Shown here in pieces: positions 25,020-34,700 of a stretch of 64,000 bases of DNA. This DNA is from Chthonomonadales bacterium (lineage in GTDB: Bacteria; Armatimonadota; Chthonomonadetes; Chthonomonadales; CAJBBX01), in the NCBI GenBank assembly GCA_027459625.1, contig DAIDHP010000002.1, forward strand, positions 209,279-273,278, given 5' to 3'. Below the pieces are notes generated by a model. That model worked only from the letters and a program-made list of their open reading frames with translations. It searched no databases and was not told where the DNA came from. The translations under genes were made by a program, and so were the position numbers. How positions within the stretch are numbered: the first letter of the stretch is position 1; every line of letters begins with the position of its first letter.

Positions 25020-26537
25020 TTGGTCAACTCCGGGATACATTGGATGGAAAGGCGAATCGTTATTGACTTTCTCCATCTATGCGTGATACGTTATTCATTA
25101 TCGTTTTTGATATGGGTGGGCATTTTGATAACACGCAAAGAGTTACTACTTGGCATGGCAGGCTCGCTTATCGGTGGATTGTCGTTAACCGCCAGCCATA
25201 AAATAATCAAAAACAGGGCATTACACGGCGGCGGCATATGCGTTCACTCCTCGGGGAGGTACTATCAGGATGCCGCCGGCAAGCCGGTGTTTCTGATGGG
25301 GTATTATGATTGGGCGGCGGTTCCCGATGGGTACTACATCGATCATCCCTCCCTATACAGGGAGATGATGAGGCTTGAAAGTCCCTATCATCTCAATTAC
25401 ATTCGCATCAGCCTCGGGGTGAATCGCATGTCCGACTCCACCCATCCACCCAGTTGGAACGGAGCGCCCACGCCTGTCCCATTTCTTTACGTCAATACCG
25501 GGCGGGGATGGAAAGCGGATTTAAGCCAATGGGATCCTGTATTCTGGAAAGGGCTGCATGGACAGTGCGAGTATGCGAAAAAGCATGGTTTCATCACGCA
25601 CCTCTCCATTTTTGACGGAGTCGAGCTTCGTCAACAAGGCGGAGCGTCTTTCGGCTATCAAAACTCCTTTTGGAATCCTTCGAATCAAACTAAGCCGTTC
25701 TACCCCCAAGGGGATTACTCCGATCTTCCCGAGGGGTTCTACAGGTTTTCCGATTTCCAGTCGAACAATGGGATAGGGTTCTATCAACGAAAACTGATCG
25801 ACAAAGTCTGTTGGGAGATGGCGCGTCATGACAACGTATTCTTCGAACTTGGCAACGAACTTCTCAGTTCAAACTCCGCATGGAACGAGGCGGTTATACG
25901 TTACATTCGCACAAAAACGCTGAATCCGGTTTCGCAGGAAAACAACGGCGGAGCGTCCAATCGGGCGCAATTCGAGTTGCAGGGTTGGTCGCAGCATGAT
26001 GCGAACACCTCCCTAGAGGTGAAAAGAAATCTGGAAAGTATTGTGGGGAGAGGCTATCCGGCGTGGGAGGATCCCGACGGTCCGAGACTGTGCGACGCTT
26101 CCTCGGATGAACTGCGCGCTGCGGCTTGGCGCTCGCTCACGGGAGGGGCGGCGGGATTCGGTGGTTTCTCCACGGATTTTTGGAACGGCGGGAGAGGATT
26201 TCAGCGCGCAACCGCCCAATATTACGGGAACCTTCTGAAGTTCCTCTGGGAGATCGGGGTTAGTTTCGCCGCGATGATCCCGCGCCAGGAAATCGTTGGA
26301 AACCCCGACATGAACTCATGCCTCGCGAACGTCGGGAAAGCCTATGTCGTCTATATCCCGGAGGATGCCCAGGTCTCACTGGATTTGCGGGACGTGGCGG
26401 GAAATTGCCGCGTCCGCGTTTATAATCCGATCAGCGGGGAATGGGGGAAAACCTCAACCATGCCAGCGGGAGATGTCCTTTCCATAAAAAAGCCAAGGGC
26501 GTTGGAGGATTGGGTTGTTCATGCGGTTATCGAGTGA
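25020..26537 (+). CDS. putative clan GH-A TIM-barrel glycoside hydrolase (GH5/GH140 DUF4038-like) with C-terminal beta-sandwich
   Basis: ...KPVFLMGYYDW..., LNYIRISLG and FFELGNELLS (NE acid/base-type motif). C-terminal AYVVYIPEDAQVSLDLRDV...VRVYNPISGEW resembles the collagen-binding-like tail of DUF4038 proteins. The start is uncertain; a signal-like ITRKELLLGMAGSLIGGLSLTA begins near 25125. Confidence 0.45.
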   Translation: MVNSGIHWMERRIVIDFLHLCVIRYSLSFLIWVGILITRKELLLGMAGSLIGGLSLTASHKIIKNRALHGGGICVHSSGRYYQDAAGKPVFLMGYYDWAAVPDGYYIDHPSLYREMMRLESPYHLNYIRISLGVNRMSDSTHPPSWNGAPTPVPFLYVNTGRGWKADLSQWDPVFWKGLHGQCEYAKKHGFITHLSIFDGVELRQQGGASFGYQNSFWNPSNQTKPFYPQGDYSDLPEGFYRFSDFQSNNGIGFYQRKLIDKVCWEMARHDNVFFELGNELLSSNSAWNEAVIRYIRTKTLNPVSQENNGGASNRAQFELQGWSQHDANTSLEVKRNLESIVGRGYPAWEDPDGPRLCDASSDELRAAAWRSLTGGAAGFGGFSTDFWNGGRGFQRATAQYYGNLLKFLWEIGVSFAAMIPRQEIVGNPDMNSCLANVGKAYVVYIPEDAQVSLDLRDVAGNCRVRVYNPISGEWGKTSTMPAGDVLSIKKPRALEDWVVHAVIE

Positions 26538-26757
26538 GCTCGATGCCTCTTCGGTTGCTCATCTCAGAATTGCGTGAAAAGACACCCTCGGGAGCGGGGA
26601 GGAACTCTCATTTATCAGCTCCGGATGCCATGGGGAGAGTTTATCGTAGGCTTCACAGGGAGTCCTCCGAAATACTCCCGAAACGAACCATAAGACGTAA
26701 GGATGAATTCATTCTCAAATTGATACGCATACGATAATAATGGTATTGAAAAAACGC

Positions 26758-26786
26758 TTGACAGCCATTATTGCGGATGTTATAAT
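26758..26786 (+). promoter_or_regulatory. perfect sigma70 consensus promoter (TTGACA-17 nt-TATAAT)
   Basis: ttgaca at 26758-26763, a 17-nt spacer (gccattattgcggatgt), and tataat at 26781-26786. No convincing ORF follows. Confidence 0.5.
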
Positions 26787-27070
26787 CCTGCAAAGTTTGC
26801 AAGCGCATGAATTTTACGGAAAAAGTGCGCGAATACATTTTAATTCATTTTTTTGCTCCTCTGAAAACATACGAACCGGCGATGCGCGAGCGCTTGACGC
26901 TTGCGGTTCAGCCTTTTAATCTCGGATGCTACTTTACGGCATCTCGCCCTCCCTGCGCACCCGCCCTTACCCATATAACGAAACATTCCGCAAGTAACCG
27001 GTTTTTTAATTTTTTAAGCAGGAGAAAAGGAATGACAAAGTGAACATGGCATTTCAAGCAACACCCTTAG

Positions 27071-27436
27071 GATACTGCACATTCTCGCAATGATCCGTGC
27101 GCGTCGACGTCGCACACGGCTTACGAAACGCCATTGCCTACTACCGCCTCTTGCTGGCAGGGGCAGACGGGATATTACATGAACGCCGAGAACATCTTGG
27201 TATACTTTCAGGCGCACCATTAACTGCAGTGGATTTTCAAAGATAAGTATGCAAAAGCTGGTTTGAACGTGAATGACCCTGAATACGGATTGTGGGTCAA
27301 AGCGGAAAGGCACTTGTCATTCGGCTATAAATACAATATGGAATGGACGGATTTTTTCAAAGGAAATCGATATCCATCTAAAGCCGATATTCTGAATAAA
27401 TTGCTGAAACTGAACAATACGGGACTCTATAAATAG
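27071..27436 (+). pseudogene. remnant of an AHH-type (HNH/EndoVII fold) nuclease toxin C-terminal domain, interrupted by an in-frame TAA
   Basis: A single frame reads ...NILVYFQAHH, then TAA (27221-27223), then LQWIFKDKYAKAGLNVNDPEYGLWVKAERHLSFGYKYNMEWTDFF...LYK, then stop. The pattern AHH ... NxxxGxWx...H...Y matches polymorphic-toxin AHH nuclease domains. No upstream delivery domain is present, and an immunity-like gene follows 17 nt downstream. Confidence 0.4.
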
Positions 27437-27453
27437 AAAGAGGAATAACACAT

Positions 27454-28149
27454 ATGATTTTTTACGAATTCGGTCACAATTCATTTTGCACAAGAGGATA
27501 TACCTGGGCTTATTCATTGAAGCCTCTCCCTGCGGAATTGAAGTTAAGATGCGACAAATGTACAGCCGGGTTACCACTATATCCCAAACATCAAATCGGT
27601 CTTGTTGTGGAAGGGGGAGTGAAATACCCTGACATCCTAGGATGCGGAGCGTTTCCTTTTCTTATCGTATCGCAAAACGTGATTGATGACTGGGAGAATG
27701 CCGGGATAACTGGTTACGAAAAATACGAAGCAAATATTGTGGAGGCGAAGGGTAAGCGAATTAGGGATTTAGAGCCACCGCAATATTATCATATCAACAT
27801 CACCGGAAGAGCCCAATATGATATGGACGCGATGGGTTTCAGATGCGAAGTTGTGTGCAATTACTGCGGCCATACGAGATTCATTGATTCTAACAATGAA
27901 ATGGATATTCCGAGTCCGACAATCATCAAGGAGGGTTCGTGGGACGGGTCAGATATGTTTGCAGCGGATATAACCCCGGGCAGATCATTTTGCACGGAAA
28001 AAATACTTTTTCTGACGGGAATGAATGAAAGAACAAACTGCAGATTCGTTCCCCTGGATGACAACGATCCTGTGAGCAACAAAGGACTGGATTACAAGGC
28101 GATCGCGAAAAGGATGCTGCGTGAAAAGCGAAACCCATTCGAAAAATAA
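27454..28149 (+). CDS. double-CxxC(G) motif protein, putative polymorphic-toxin immunity protein
   Basis: 231 aa with an RBS (aaagagga) 8 nt upstream. Two widely spaced Cys pairs, CDKCTAG and CNYCGH. Size and layout match the double-CXXCG paralogous family found next to toxin genes. AT-rich relative to its flanks. Confidence 0.5.
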   Translation: MIFYEFGHNSFCTRGYTWAYSLKPLPAELKLRCDKCTAGLPLYPKHQIGLVVEGGVKYPDILGCGAFPFLIVSQNVIDDWENAGITGYEKYEANIVEAKGKRIRDLEPPQYYHINITGRAQYDMDAMGFRCEVVCNYCGHTRFIDSNNEMDIPSPTIIKEGSWDGSDMFAADITPGRSFCTEKILFLTGMNERTNCRFVPLDDNDPVSNKGLDYKAIAKRMLREKRNPFEK

Positions 28150-28279
28150 TCTCACGCCTCTTTCTCTCCTTCCGCTCGAGGAGTAAGGCGAAAAGGATTT
28201 TTTTATCCGCCTAAACGGAGGATGGCGGTCTTTACTTGCGCCATATGTAGTGTATATTTAACTATGTGAGTCGTTTTAA

Positions 28280-28771
28280 TGCGCACACGCCTCCGGGAAC
28301 CTAACCTCGCTGAACGGGGAGACTCTCTCCAGCGTCTACGACGCCTTCGGCAGGCGGATGTCCAAAACCGTCGGCTCAAGTACAACCTACAATCTGTACG
28401 ACGGCGACGCCCTGATAGCGGAGGTGGACGCCTCCACCAACCAGGTCACCAGATCCTACACGTGGGGCGCGGACGGTTTGGTGAGCGACCATGCGGGGAC
28501 GCAGAGCAGGTTTTATCTCTTCGACGCGCTCGGGAACGCGCGGAGCCTGCTGGATCCGAACGGGAACCTTCTGGCGTCCGCCGCGTACACGACTTACGGG
28601 ACGCTCATCGGGACCCCGCTTCCCTCCACCCCCTTCGGGTGGCAAGGCCAGGCGGGATGCTATTCGGACTCCGAGAGCGGCATTGTCGTCATGAACATGC
28701 GACCAAGCACCGTGTATGGATCCCCACAGCATCCAGCGAACAGGCACAATACCGAATTACCCGCATTTTAA
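28280..28771 (+). pseudogene. RHS/YD-repeat core fragment (orphan, truncated at both ends)
   Basis: The frame opens right after a TAA (28277-28279): ...LNGETLSSVYDAFGRRMSKTVGSSTTYNLYDGDALIAEVDASTNQVTRSYTWGADGLVS...RFYLFDALGNARSLLDPNGNLLASAAYTTYGTLIG...PFGWQGQAGCYSDSESG. These are canonical YD repeats and the start of the RHS-associated core. The expected ...YYDP..GR..DP end is degraded or frameshifted after about 28700. GC content is much higher than in the preceding 1.5 kb. Confidence 0.7.
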
Positions 28772-28829
28772 AGCGAGATACTTACGGATTGGCATTAACA
28801 ACTTGCCATGTCAAAGCCCCTATCCCGTG

Positions 28830-31409
28830 TTATTTGGTTTCGTGAGTTCCGATTTTTGATCCCGCAGGGTCAAAAAACACCCCGCATAACACGGCGTTAT
28901 CCCCGCGCACCTGATCAATGCGTATTCGCACGGACCCATGACAACGATATACCAGATACTTCCCCTCCGCGTAGCGGGAGACAAGTGTCACAGGGGTTGC
29001 GCGGTTGAGTGACGGAAGAGTGAACAATTCCACAGCCGCGCTTCTTCCCTTGCGATCCCAATCCAGGAAGTAAAGCTCAAGATCGTACTGCTGATCGTTC
29101 TTCGCATGGATATCCAAATGCATCGTGGGGGAGAGGGTGTAGATGCACCCCGCGCTGCGCGGAAAGCCATTGGATGGATTCGGCGCCAGCGCCCTTTTCT
29201 CCTGCGTGCTTGCTGACCAGGTGCAGTTCTCCGCCGGGTTTCCGTTTCGGTACGGGGTGACGGATTTGATAAAAGCAGGGAGTTTCGCCTTATTCTCGCC
29301 TACGGCTCCGTAGTTGAACAAGACATAGCCCTCCTTGCCGTAAATTCCCCCCCAATCGCCCTGGGTCTTGTCGTCCTCGCCGAGGAAGGAGAATGGTCGG
29401 ACGATTTTCTCCTTAAGCGGCTGAGGTAGCGCGCCCTGATACCGAATGTTAAAGGTGTAGCTTCCCGGCGCCACGCCGTAAAGATATAAGGAATTCGCGT
29501 TGTTCTCCACACCTTCAATCCCGCGTACTGGGTGAAAGATCCCATCCCATATTAATTGCCCGTCGCAAAATATTTTGTTGACGCTCCGCTCATTATGCGG
29601 GACGCCGATCTTGCCGGTCACCCCGGGCGGAAGGGTCACCTTGTAAAGACCGGTTTTTAGGTTGAAGCTGTCCGAAACGATGCCATGCGGCGTCGGAACG
29701 CTCCCCGCGACGGATGTGAGCCTGTCGCCGAGATGCGGACGTATCAGCACGGAATCGAATCCGGGGGAAGCGGGCTGGATACCCGCGATTTCCTCTGTGA
29801 GCCACATGGTGACCCCTGCGCTCCAAGGGTGGCAGAGGCTGGTTTGCCCTGACTGACAATTGGGCACCGGATCGTTGGGCTTCAGGATGTCGTTCCAACT
29901 GGGGCGATATACTTCGAAGAACGTCGTGCCGCCGTATTTTATCTGTCCGCCCCAACAATCCAGCGCCGTCTGTAACGCTTCGGGAAAACGCTTCATATTG
30001 GAAAGCGCATAGAGGATGAAGAATTCGTTGAACGGGGAGTAGGAGAGGCGATTTTCGCGATTGGCGAACTGGGCGTGAAACATCGCGTCCCGCTCCGTCG
30101 GCGTGACGAACCCGGCGTTGATGGCGTCGGAGTCCGCGTGGATTCCGAATGTGTCGAACCAATGGGGATTGGCGCGAATCTGTTCGATTTTTGCATCCGC
30201 CAGCATGTTGTATTTGTTTTGGAGGTCGGTTCTCCCGATGGCTGCCGCCTCCGAAGCGAAGTATCGGCAGGTTCCGATGAACAGCATGCGATAGGCGTTT
30301 TGCGCTTCGGGGCAATTGGCATCCTCGAACCCCGCTCCAAGCCGTTCATCCCAGCCGTAAAAGCCTATGGGGGGATTTGCGTAAACGGAGTCGCCGTGCG
30401 CCAGTTTTTGCTCGATTATGGGAATGTATTTCTCGAAGGTGGCTTTATCGCCGGTGTAGCGGAAATAATCCAGAAGGCTTTCCACCCAATAGAGGGAATA
30501 GCTCTCTATTCCGTTCGTATCGTTCGCCGTACGCTCAAGGTTATGCAGGATGAAATCCCAATCGCCAAACGCCGCGAGCGCCGCAGCTTGGGCGGTATGC
30601 GCATCTCCCGTCCAGGAAATTCTGTCGCCTCGGTCCATTAGGATCGCGCCGAAGTAATCCTTGAGCAGGTTTAAACGAACGGTATACGCCCCTGTGTACC
30701 AAATCTGAGTGAGGAGCGGGTCGCTGCAGGAGAAGCTTCCGAGGTAATTTGTCGGCTTCGCCTGACACACAAGCCGGACAGCGGTGATATGCCACGGTTT
30801 CGTGTAGTTCACCACATGGATCCATCCGAACCGCACCCCCTCGTAGAGTTCGGGGTTCAACTCCAAACGATAGGTGTCACCGTGTTTCACCGGCACGGCG
30901 GTTTTGCCAGGCCAAGGTTTGTTGTATTCACTGATGCTCATCTCCACTTTGCCCGTGAGATCCGGGCTGTCAAACTCGAGCCACGCCGCGCTCTCCACGC
31001 CGAAATCCAACCGGATGGAGCCGGCTCCAGTCACAATAACATCGCATTTTCCGCTGCGCATTGATTTCAACCCTGCGAACGAACGCGGGGAATCCGTGCT
31101 CGCATTCATTGGCGCAAGGGTGTATATCTGCAGTCCGTCCGACGCAACGGGGTGGCTCCAGTGATAGGCGACCAGAGGATCGGGGGAGTTGGGTGTCGCC
31201 TTGCCCGTGAATTCGCCTCCATGAAGCGGCGGGTATGGTTCCCGGATCGGGGAGTAGGTTCCTAAATAGTGATAGTGATTCATGCCCGATTCCGTCGCGA
31301 ACGCCGGGGATAAGCACAGGCAGGCGCAAAGCGCAAGAGCGAGGGATGCGATGGCAGTCATGTGTAAGGAAAACTTCGGGTTACGCGGTGAACGGCTTTC
31401 CATGCTCAA
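28830..31409 (-). CDS. GH78-like alpha-L-rhamnosidase family protein with extra C-terminal domain
   Basis: Signal peptide (TAIASLALALCACLCLSPAFA). Six-hairpin region with ...LCHPWSAGVTMWLTEEIAGIQPASPGFDSVLIRPHLGD..., the characteristic GH78 C-terminal catalytic-domain pattern. Confidence 0.65.
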   Translation of the reverse strand: MSMESRSPRNPKFSLHMTAIASLALALCACLCLSPAFATESGMNHYHYLGTYSPIREPYPPLHGGEFTGKATPNSPDPLVAYHWSHPVASDGLQIYTLAPMNASTDSPRSFAGLKSMRSGKCDVIVTGAGSIRLDFGVESAAWLEFDSPDLTGKVEMSISEYNKPWPGKTAVPVKHGDTYRLELNPELYEGVRFGWIHVVNYTKPWHITAVRLVCQAKPTNYLGSFSCSDPLLTQIWYTGAYTVRLNLLKDYFGAILMDRGDRISWTGDAHTAQAAALAAFGDWDFILHNLERTANDTNGIESYSLYWVESLLDYFRYTGDKATFEKYIPIIEQKLAHGDSVYANPPIGFYGWDERLGAGFEDANCPEAQNAYRMLFIGTCRYFASEAAAIGRTDLQNKYNMLADAKIEQIRANPHWFDTFGIHADSDAINAGFVTPTERDAMFHAQFANRENRLSYSPFNEFFILYALSNMKRFPEALQTALDCWGGQIKYGGTTFFEVYRPSWNDILKPNDPVPNCQSGQTSLCHPWSAGVTMWLTEEIAGIQPASPGFDSVLIRPHLGDRLTSVAGSVPTPHGIVSDSFNLKTGLYKVTLPPGVTGKIGVPHNERSVNKIFCDGQLIWDGIFHPVRGIEGVENNANSLYLYGVAPGSYTFNIRYQGALPQPLKEKIVRPFSFLGEDDKTQGDWGGIYGKEGYVLFNYGAVGENKAKLPAFIKSVTPYRNGNPAENCTWSASTQEKRALAPNPSNGFPRSAGCIYTLSPTMHLDIHAKNDQQYDLELYFLDWDRKGRSAAVELFTLPSLNRATPVTLVSRYAEGKYLVYRCHGSVRIRIDQVRGDNAVLCGVFFDPAGSKIGTHETK

Positions 31410-31502
31410 ATCTCCTATGATGATGATATTAAATGGTACCTGTTCGCGTCTCTTTGCGATATAACCAGTGCTTCCTGGATCGGAATAATAATAGATGATA
31501 TA

Positions 31503-34361
31503 TCAAGGTTGCCACAAATCCAATTCGTCGATCCAAATCCGTCCGGAGCCTCCGCCTGTGGCGTCGATGAAAAAAGCTGCGTGATCCGCTCCGTTCGGCA
31601 TGTAGGGTGGTGTGAGTGCAACTTCTATCGGTTCCCAATCTTTAGTATTTACCGAGATGTGCGCAAATCCCTTCACGGTTTGCCAGCCGTTTTCGATCCG
31701 TGCCTCCTCGCCAGTGCTGGCGAGGCAGGAGGTGCTCACCCAATCCTTGGATCCAAACCAGGCGAGATTAAGGGTGATCCGGCATCCGGAAAGATGATCC
31801 GACTTAATCCAGCATTTGAAGAAAAGCGAGTTGTCTCGCTCCGGCTTGATGTTCCACTGCACGAACCGCTGTGAGAAAGGCGCGATGAGTCTCAGACTTC
31901 CAGGAAGGAGATGACCGATCTTCCCGTCATATGCGTATTTGGACTCGCCTTGAATTGTCCAATCCGAGAAATTTGCCTGACAAAACGCACCATCTGCGAT
32001 GAGATTGGGACCGCCGTTAGCGGTTACCGTTATTCTTTTTGTCAGTTCCACCTCCCGCTGTAAACCGAAGGCAGGCGGTGAATATCGCATGGAAACTTCC
32101 AGAATCCCAAATAGTCTATGCGAGGGATTTTCCGGCGTCATTGTGATCTTTCGCGTATCTGATGAGTTCGTAGGGGTGCCGACGATGAAATCAGTGGATG
32201 GGTGCGGAACTATGTTAATTTTTTCTGCGTGCGGAACACTGAATGCCAGTTCCGCAGAATGGACGGTTCCAATATTCAGTTCCTCCGGCACATCACAAAA
32301 CTCCGCCTCGGCGCTGGCTATGCCAGCCATCTGATGTGACCCCTCAATATACACGGGACCATTTGCGAAATCCAGCATTACCTCGCCTGCATTTCCGTTT
32401 GCGAGGAGGTTGGTGTTGATGTCCCGAACGATAATTCGCTCACCCGCAAGGCAGCCCGCTTCCGTGGCGGGCAGTGGGCTGAATTGGCGTTGTCCCTCGC
32501 GCCAGACAACCGACACCGGACCTACGAAGGAGACCTGCCGGACGCCGCTTTCCGGGTTTCGCGCCATCCCGAGGCATCGTTTTCCATCCGCCATCCAGGC
32601 GTATCCCGCCAACGCTGCGTAGGCAAGCTTCGGGAGAAAACCCAGATAGAGAATTCCGATCCCGGCGTCTCCGGTCCAGCCTGATTCATGCGCGGCGTCG
32701 CGAGGATCGTGCGTGCAGAACCAGAAGGCTTTCATTTCCGGGTTCAAAGTCATCGCCTGGGCGTAGTTCTCCGTGAGAGTGATGGCTTGGTTTCTCTCGG
32801 AACAGCTGTATTTTCGGGAGTAGGCGGTATTGAAATCATAGGCGGTTACACCCAACTCGTTGATCCAGCAGCGGTGAATGCCGTATCTTTCCAGGATCGC
32901 AATACGTTTGCGCGATTCCTTGACGAAATCGGCTGGAGAGGCGTAGTTGTGAAATGTGGCGATATCCATATATCTCGCCGCGCCACCCTCGCACACCTTT
33001 TCCAGCCAATCCAAATCACCGGCGAGAGACAGCCCGAGTATCCTGCATTTCGGGTCCGCCTCCTTGGCGGCGAGCCAGGAGGTTTTAAGCAGAGCGAGGT
33101 AGTGCGCCGATCTGTTCCGCTCCTGTTGCCACATTCCGTCCGGTTCGTTCCAAATCTCGTAACACGGTATCCTGTCTTTGTACTCCGCAGCCAATCTGCG
33201 CACGTAATTTCCCCAATCCTTCAAGCGGTTCATGGGCGGCGTGCCGCACTGAGCGCCGCCTGCAACCCATTGCGGAGCTTGGAAGAGGATGTCTTGATAC
33301 CTCATTCCATATCGATACATTCTTCTTAGAGCGGCATCCAAGGGCTTTGTGCGCCATTGATCGGACTGTGGCTGTTGATTGTTCCAGGTGTTCTCCCACG
33401 CTAGCCAGGGCCTTATCCAGTGAACTCCCGCCGCAGCCATCATGGGTACCTGAAATGCGTACCACCAGACCTGCTGTTGGAAGATGTTGATGCCGATTCG
33501 CGATTGTTCCGGATTGACTTTGCGCGGTTTCGGGATGCGGCAGATACGCAACGCGGCGACATGCTCGCCTTGATATACGGCGGTCAATGCAAATATCCCG
33601 AACCGCTTCAGCGGGATCGTGATTGAGCGCATAGAGACATTGGCGGCGTTTATGCATATTTTCTGCGATCCGCTCCACACGGGTCTTTGGGTGGCGTAGT
33701 CGGTTACATGAAAAGCGATCTCCATTTCCTGAGAGATATCAACCCCCAGACCGACCAAGCGGATCCGCACATCCTCCTCGCCAGAGAAGATATTTCCAAC
33801 ACGGTTGGTGAGCAGGCGGAGGATGGGCCCCGTGGCGGCTTTTGGAGGGACTAGCCAGAGCGGGAAGTCCTCCCCATCCGCAGTGAGATAGACCGCCTCC
33901 ACATACCTGTCGCCATCCATTGGTGAGCCAAGAATGAGGTTGGAAAGTAGGCACTTCAACATACCCGGACCATTTCGGACCACCGACACCTCGCAGGAAA
34001 AAAAGGGCTCGTTGATACGAAACTTGAGCGTGTCGGCTTCACTGTCCATAGGGGTGGCAGTGAGAATGACACCATGGGCGGGATCGCGAGGAAACTCCGG
34101 ATCACATAGGAGATAGCGGATTTGGAGGGTTTTCGTGTTGGAATGTGGATAGGCGAATGCGAATGCGGGGTGGGGAAGTCGAAGGTGTTGGCCGTCCCAA
34201 TCCAGGAAAGTCCAATCTCCCCGGTTCAAGTCCAGCAACTCCACGGTGAAGGGTTGCATGGGGATGGGCGGATGGAAGGCGGAAGCGTTAGCTGCATTCT
34301 TAAGCCCCGCATTGCTTGCAAGGGCGCCAAGTGATATGATAAAGTCTCGTCGGTTCATCAT
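31503..34361 (-). CDS. Tat-exported clan GH-A TIM-barrel glycoside hydrolase (GH39/GH5-like) with C-terminal CBM4_9-like module
   Basis: MMNRRDFIISLGALASNAG Tat signal. CYEIWNEPDGMW acid/base motif. WINELG-type nucleophile region (CWINELGVTAY). C-terminal NLIADGAFCQANFSDWTIQG... jelly-roll. Confidence 0.6.
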   Translation of the reverse strand: MMNRRDFIISLGALASNAGLKNAANASAFHPPIPMQPFTVELLDLNRGDWTFLDWDGQHLRLPHPAFAFAYPHSNTKTLQIRYLLCDPEFPRDPAHGVILTATPMDSEADTLKFRINEPFFSCEVSVVRNGPGMLKCLLSNLILGSPMDGDRYVEAVYLTADGEDFPLWLVPPKAATGPILRLLTNRVGNIFSGEEDVRIRLVGLGVDISQEMEIAFHVTDYATQRPVWSGSQKICINAANVSMRSITIPLKRFGIFALTAVYQGEHVAALRICRIPKPRKVNPEQSRIGINIFQQQVWWYAFQVPMMAAAGVHWIRPWLAWENTWNNQQPQSDQWRTKPLDAALRRMYRYGMRYQDILFQAPQWVAGGAQCGTPPMNRLKDWGNYVRRLAAEYKDRIPCYEIWNEPDGMWQQERNRSAHYLALLKTSWLAAKEADPKCRILGLSLAGDLDWLEKVCEGGAARYMDIATFHNYASPADFVKESRKRIAILERYGIHRCWINELGVTAYDFNTAYSRKYSCSERNQAITLTENYAQAMTLNPEMKAFWFCTHDPRDAAHESGWTGDAGIGILYLGFLPKLAYAALAGYAWMADGKRCLGMARNPESGVRQVSFVGPVSVVWREGQRQFSPLPATEAGCLAGERIIVRDINTNLLANGNAGEVMLDFANGPVYIEGSHQMAGIASAEAEFCDVPEELNIGTVHSAELAFSVPHAEKINIVPHPSTDFIVGTPTNSSDTRKITMTPENPSHRLFGILEVSMRYSPPAFGLQREVELTKRITVTANGGPNLIADGAFCQANFSDWTIQGESKYAYDGKIGHLLPGSLRLIAPFSQRFVQWNIKPERDNSLFFKCWIKSDHLSGCRITLNLAWFGSKDWVSTSCLASTGEEARIENGWQTVKGFAHISVNTKDWEPIEVALTPPYMPNGADHAAFFIDATGGGSGRIWIDELDLWQP

Positions 34362-34700
34362 TATGGTGTTTTACCGGATTTCTGCGTCACGGTGATATCA
34401 TAGCGGCGCCGGAAGTGATGGTTGCTTGTGTTCATTCTACGCCTTTTTCCCCGGTATGTAAACACCTGAGTTTTTAGGGTCGCAATATTATAGTATCAAT
34501 ATGTAGATGACTGTAATTAGGAACTAGTCCCATCTAAAGTGGTAAGTTTGAGAGGATGGAGGCTTAACCCCGCCCGAATCCGGGGAAACTCATAAGAGAG
34601 GAGCAAACCGCAATGTAATCAGAAGAGGTAATTGCAAAATTCAGAAAATGAGGCGAATTGAGTTCATCTCACGCTTGATTGGATATTTTAAAAGCAAATT

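Noticed and set aside
26807-27043. 78-aa ORF downstream of the perfect promoter as a real protein gene
   Set aside because: No Shine-Dalgarno sequence is visible, the composition is odd (…FFAPLKTYEPAMRERLTLAVQPFNLGCYFTASRPPCAPALTHITKHSASNRFFNF…), and I recognise no motif. It is kept only as part of the promoter finding.
28150-28279. Intrinsic terminator after the immunity-like gene (T7 run at 28198-28204)
   Set aside because: I could only form 4-5-bp stems upstream of the T-run, which is too weak to annotate.
28279-28845. Alternative-frame ORFs across the RHS fragment (28279-28845, 28376-28747, 28491-28694) as genes
   Set aside because: Only the 28280-28771 frame gives YD-repeat sequence. 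The others are Arg/Pro-rich artefacts of the high GC content.
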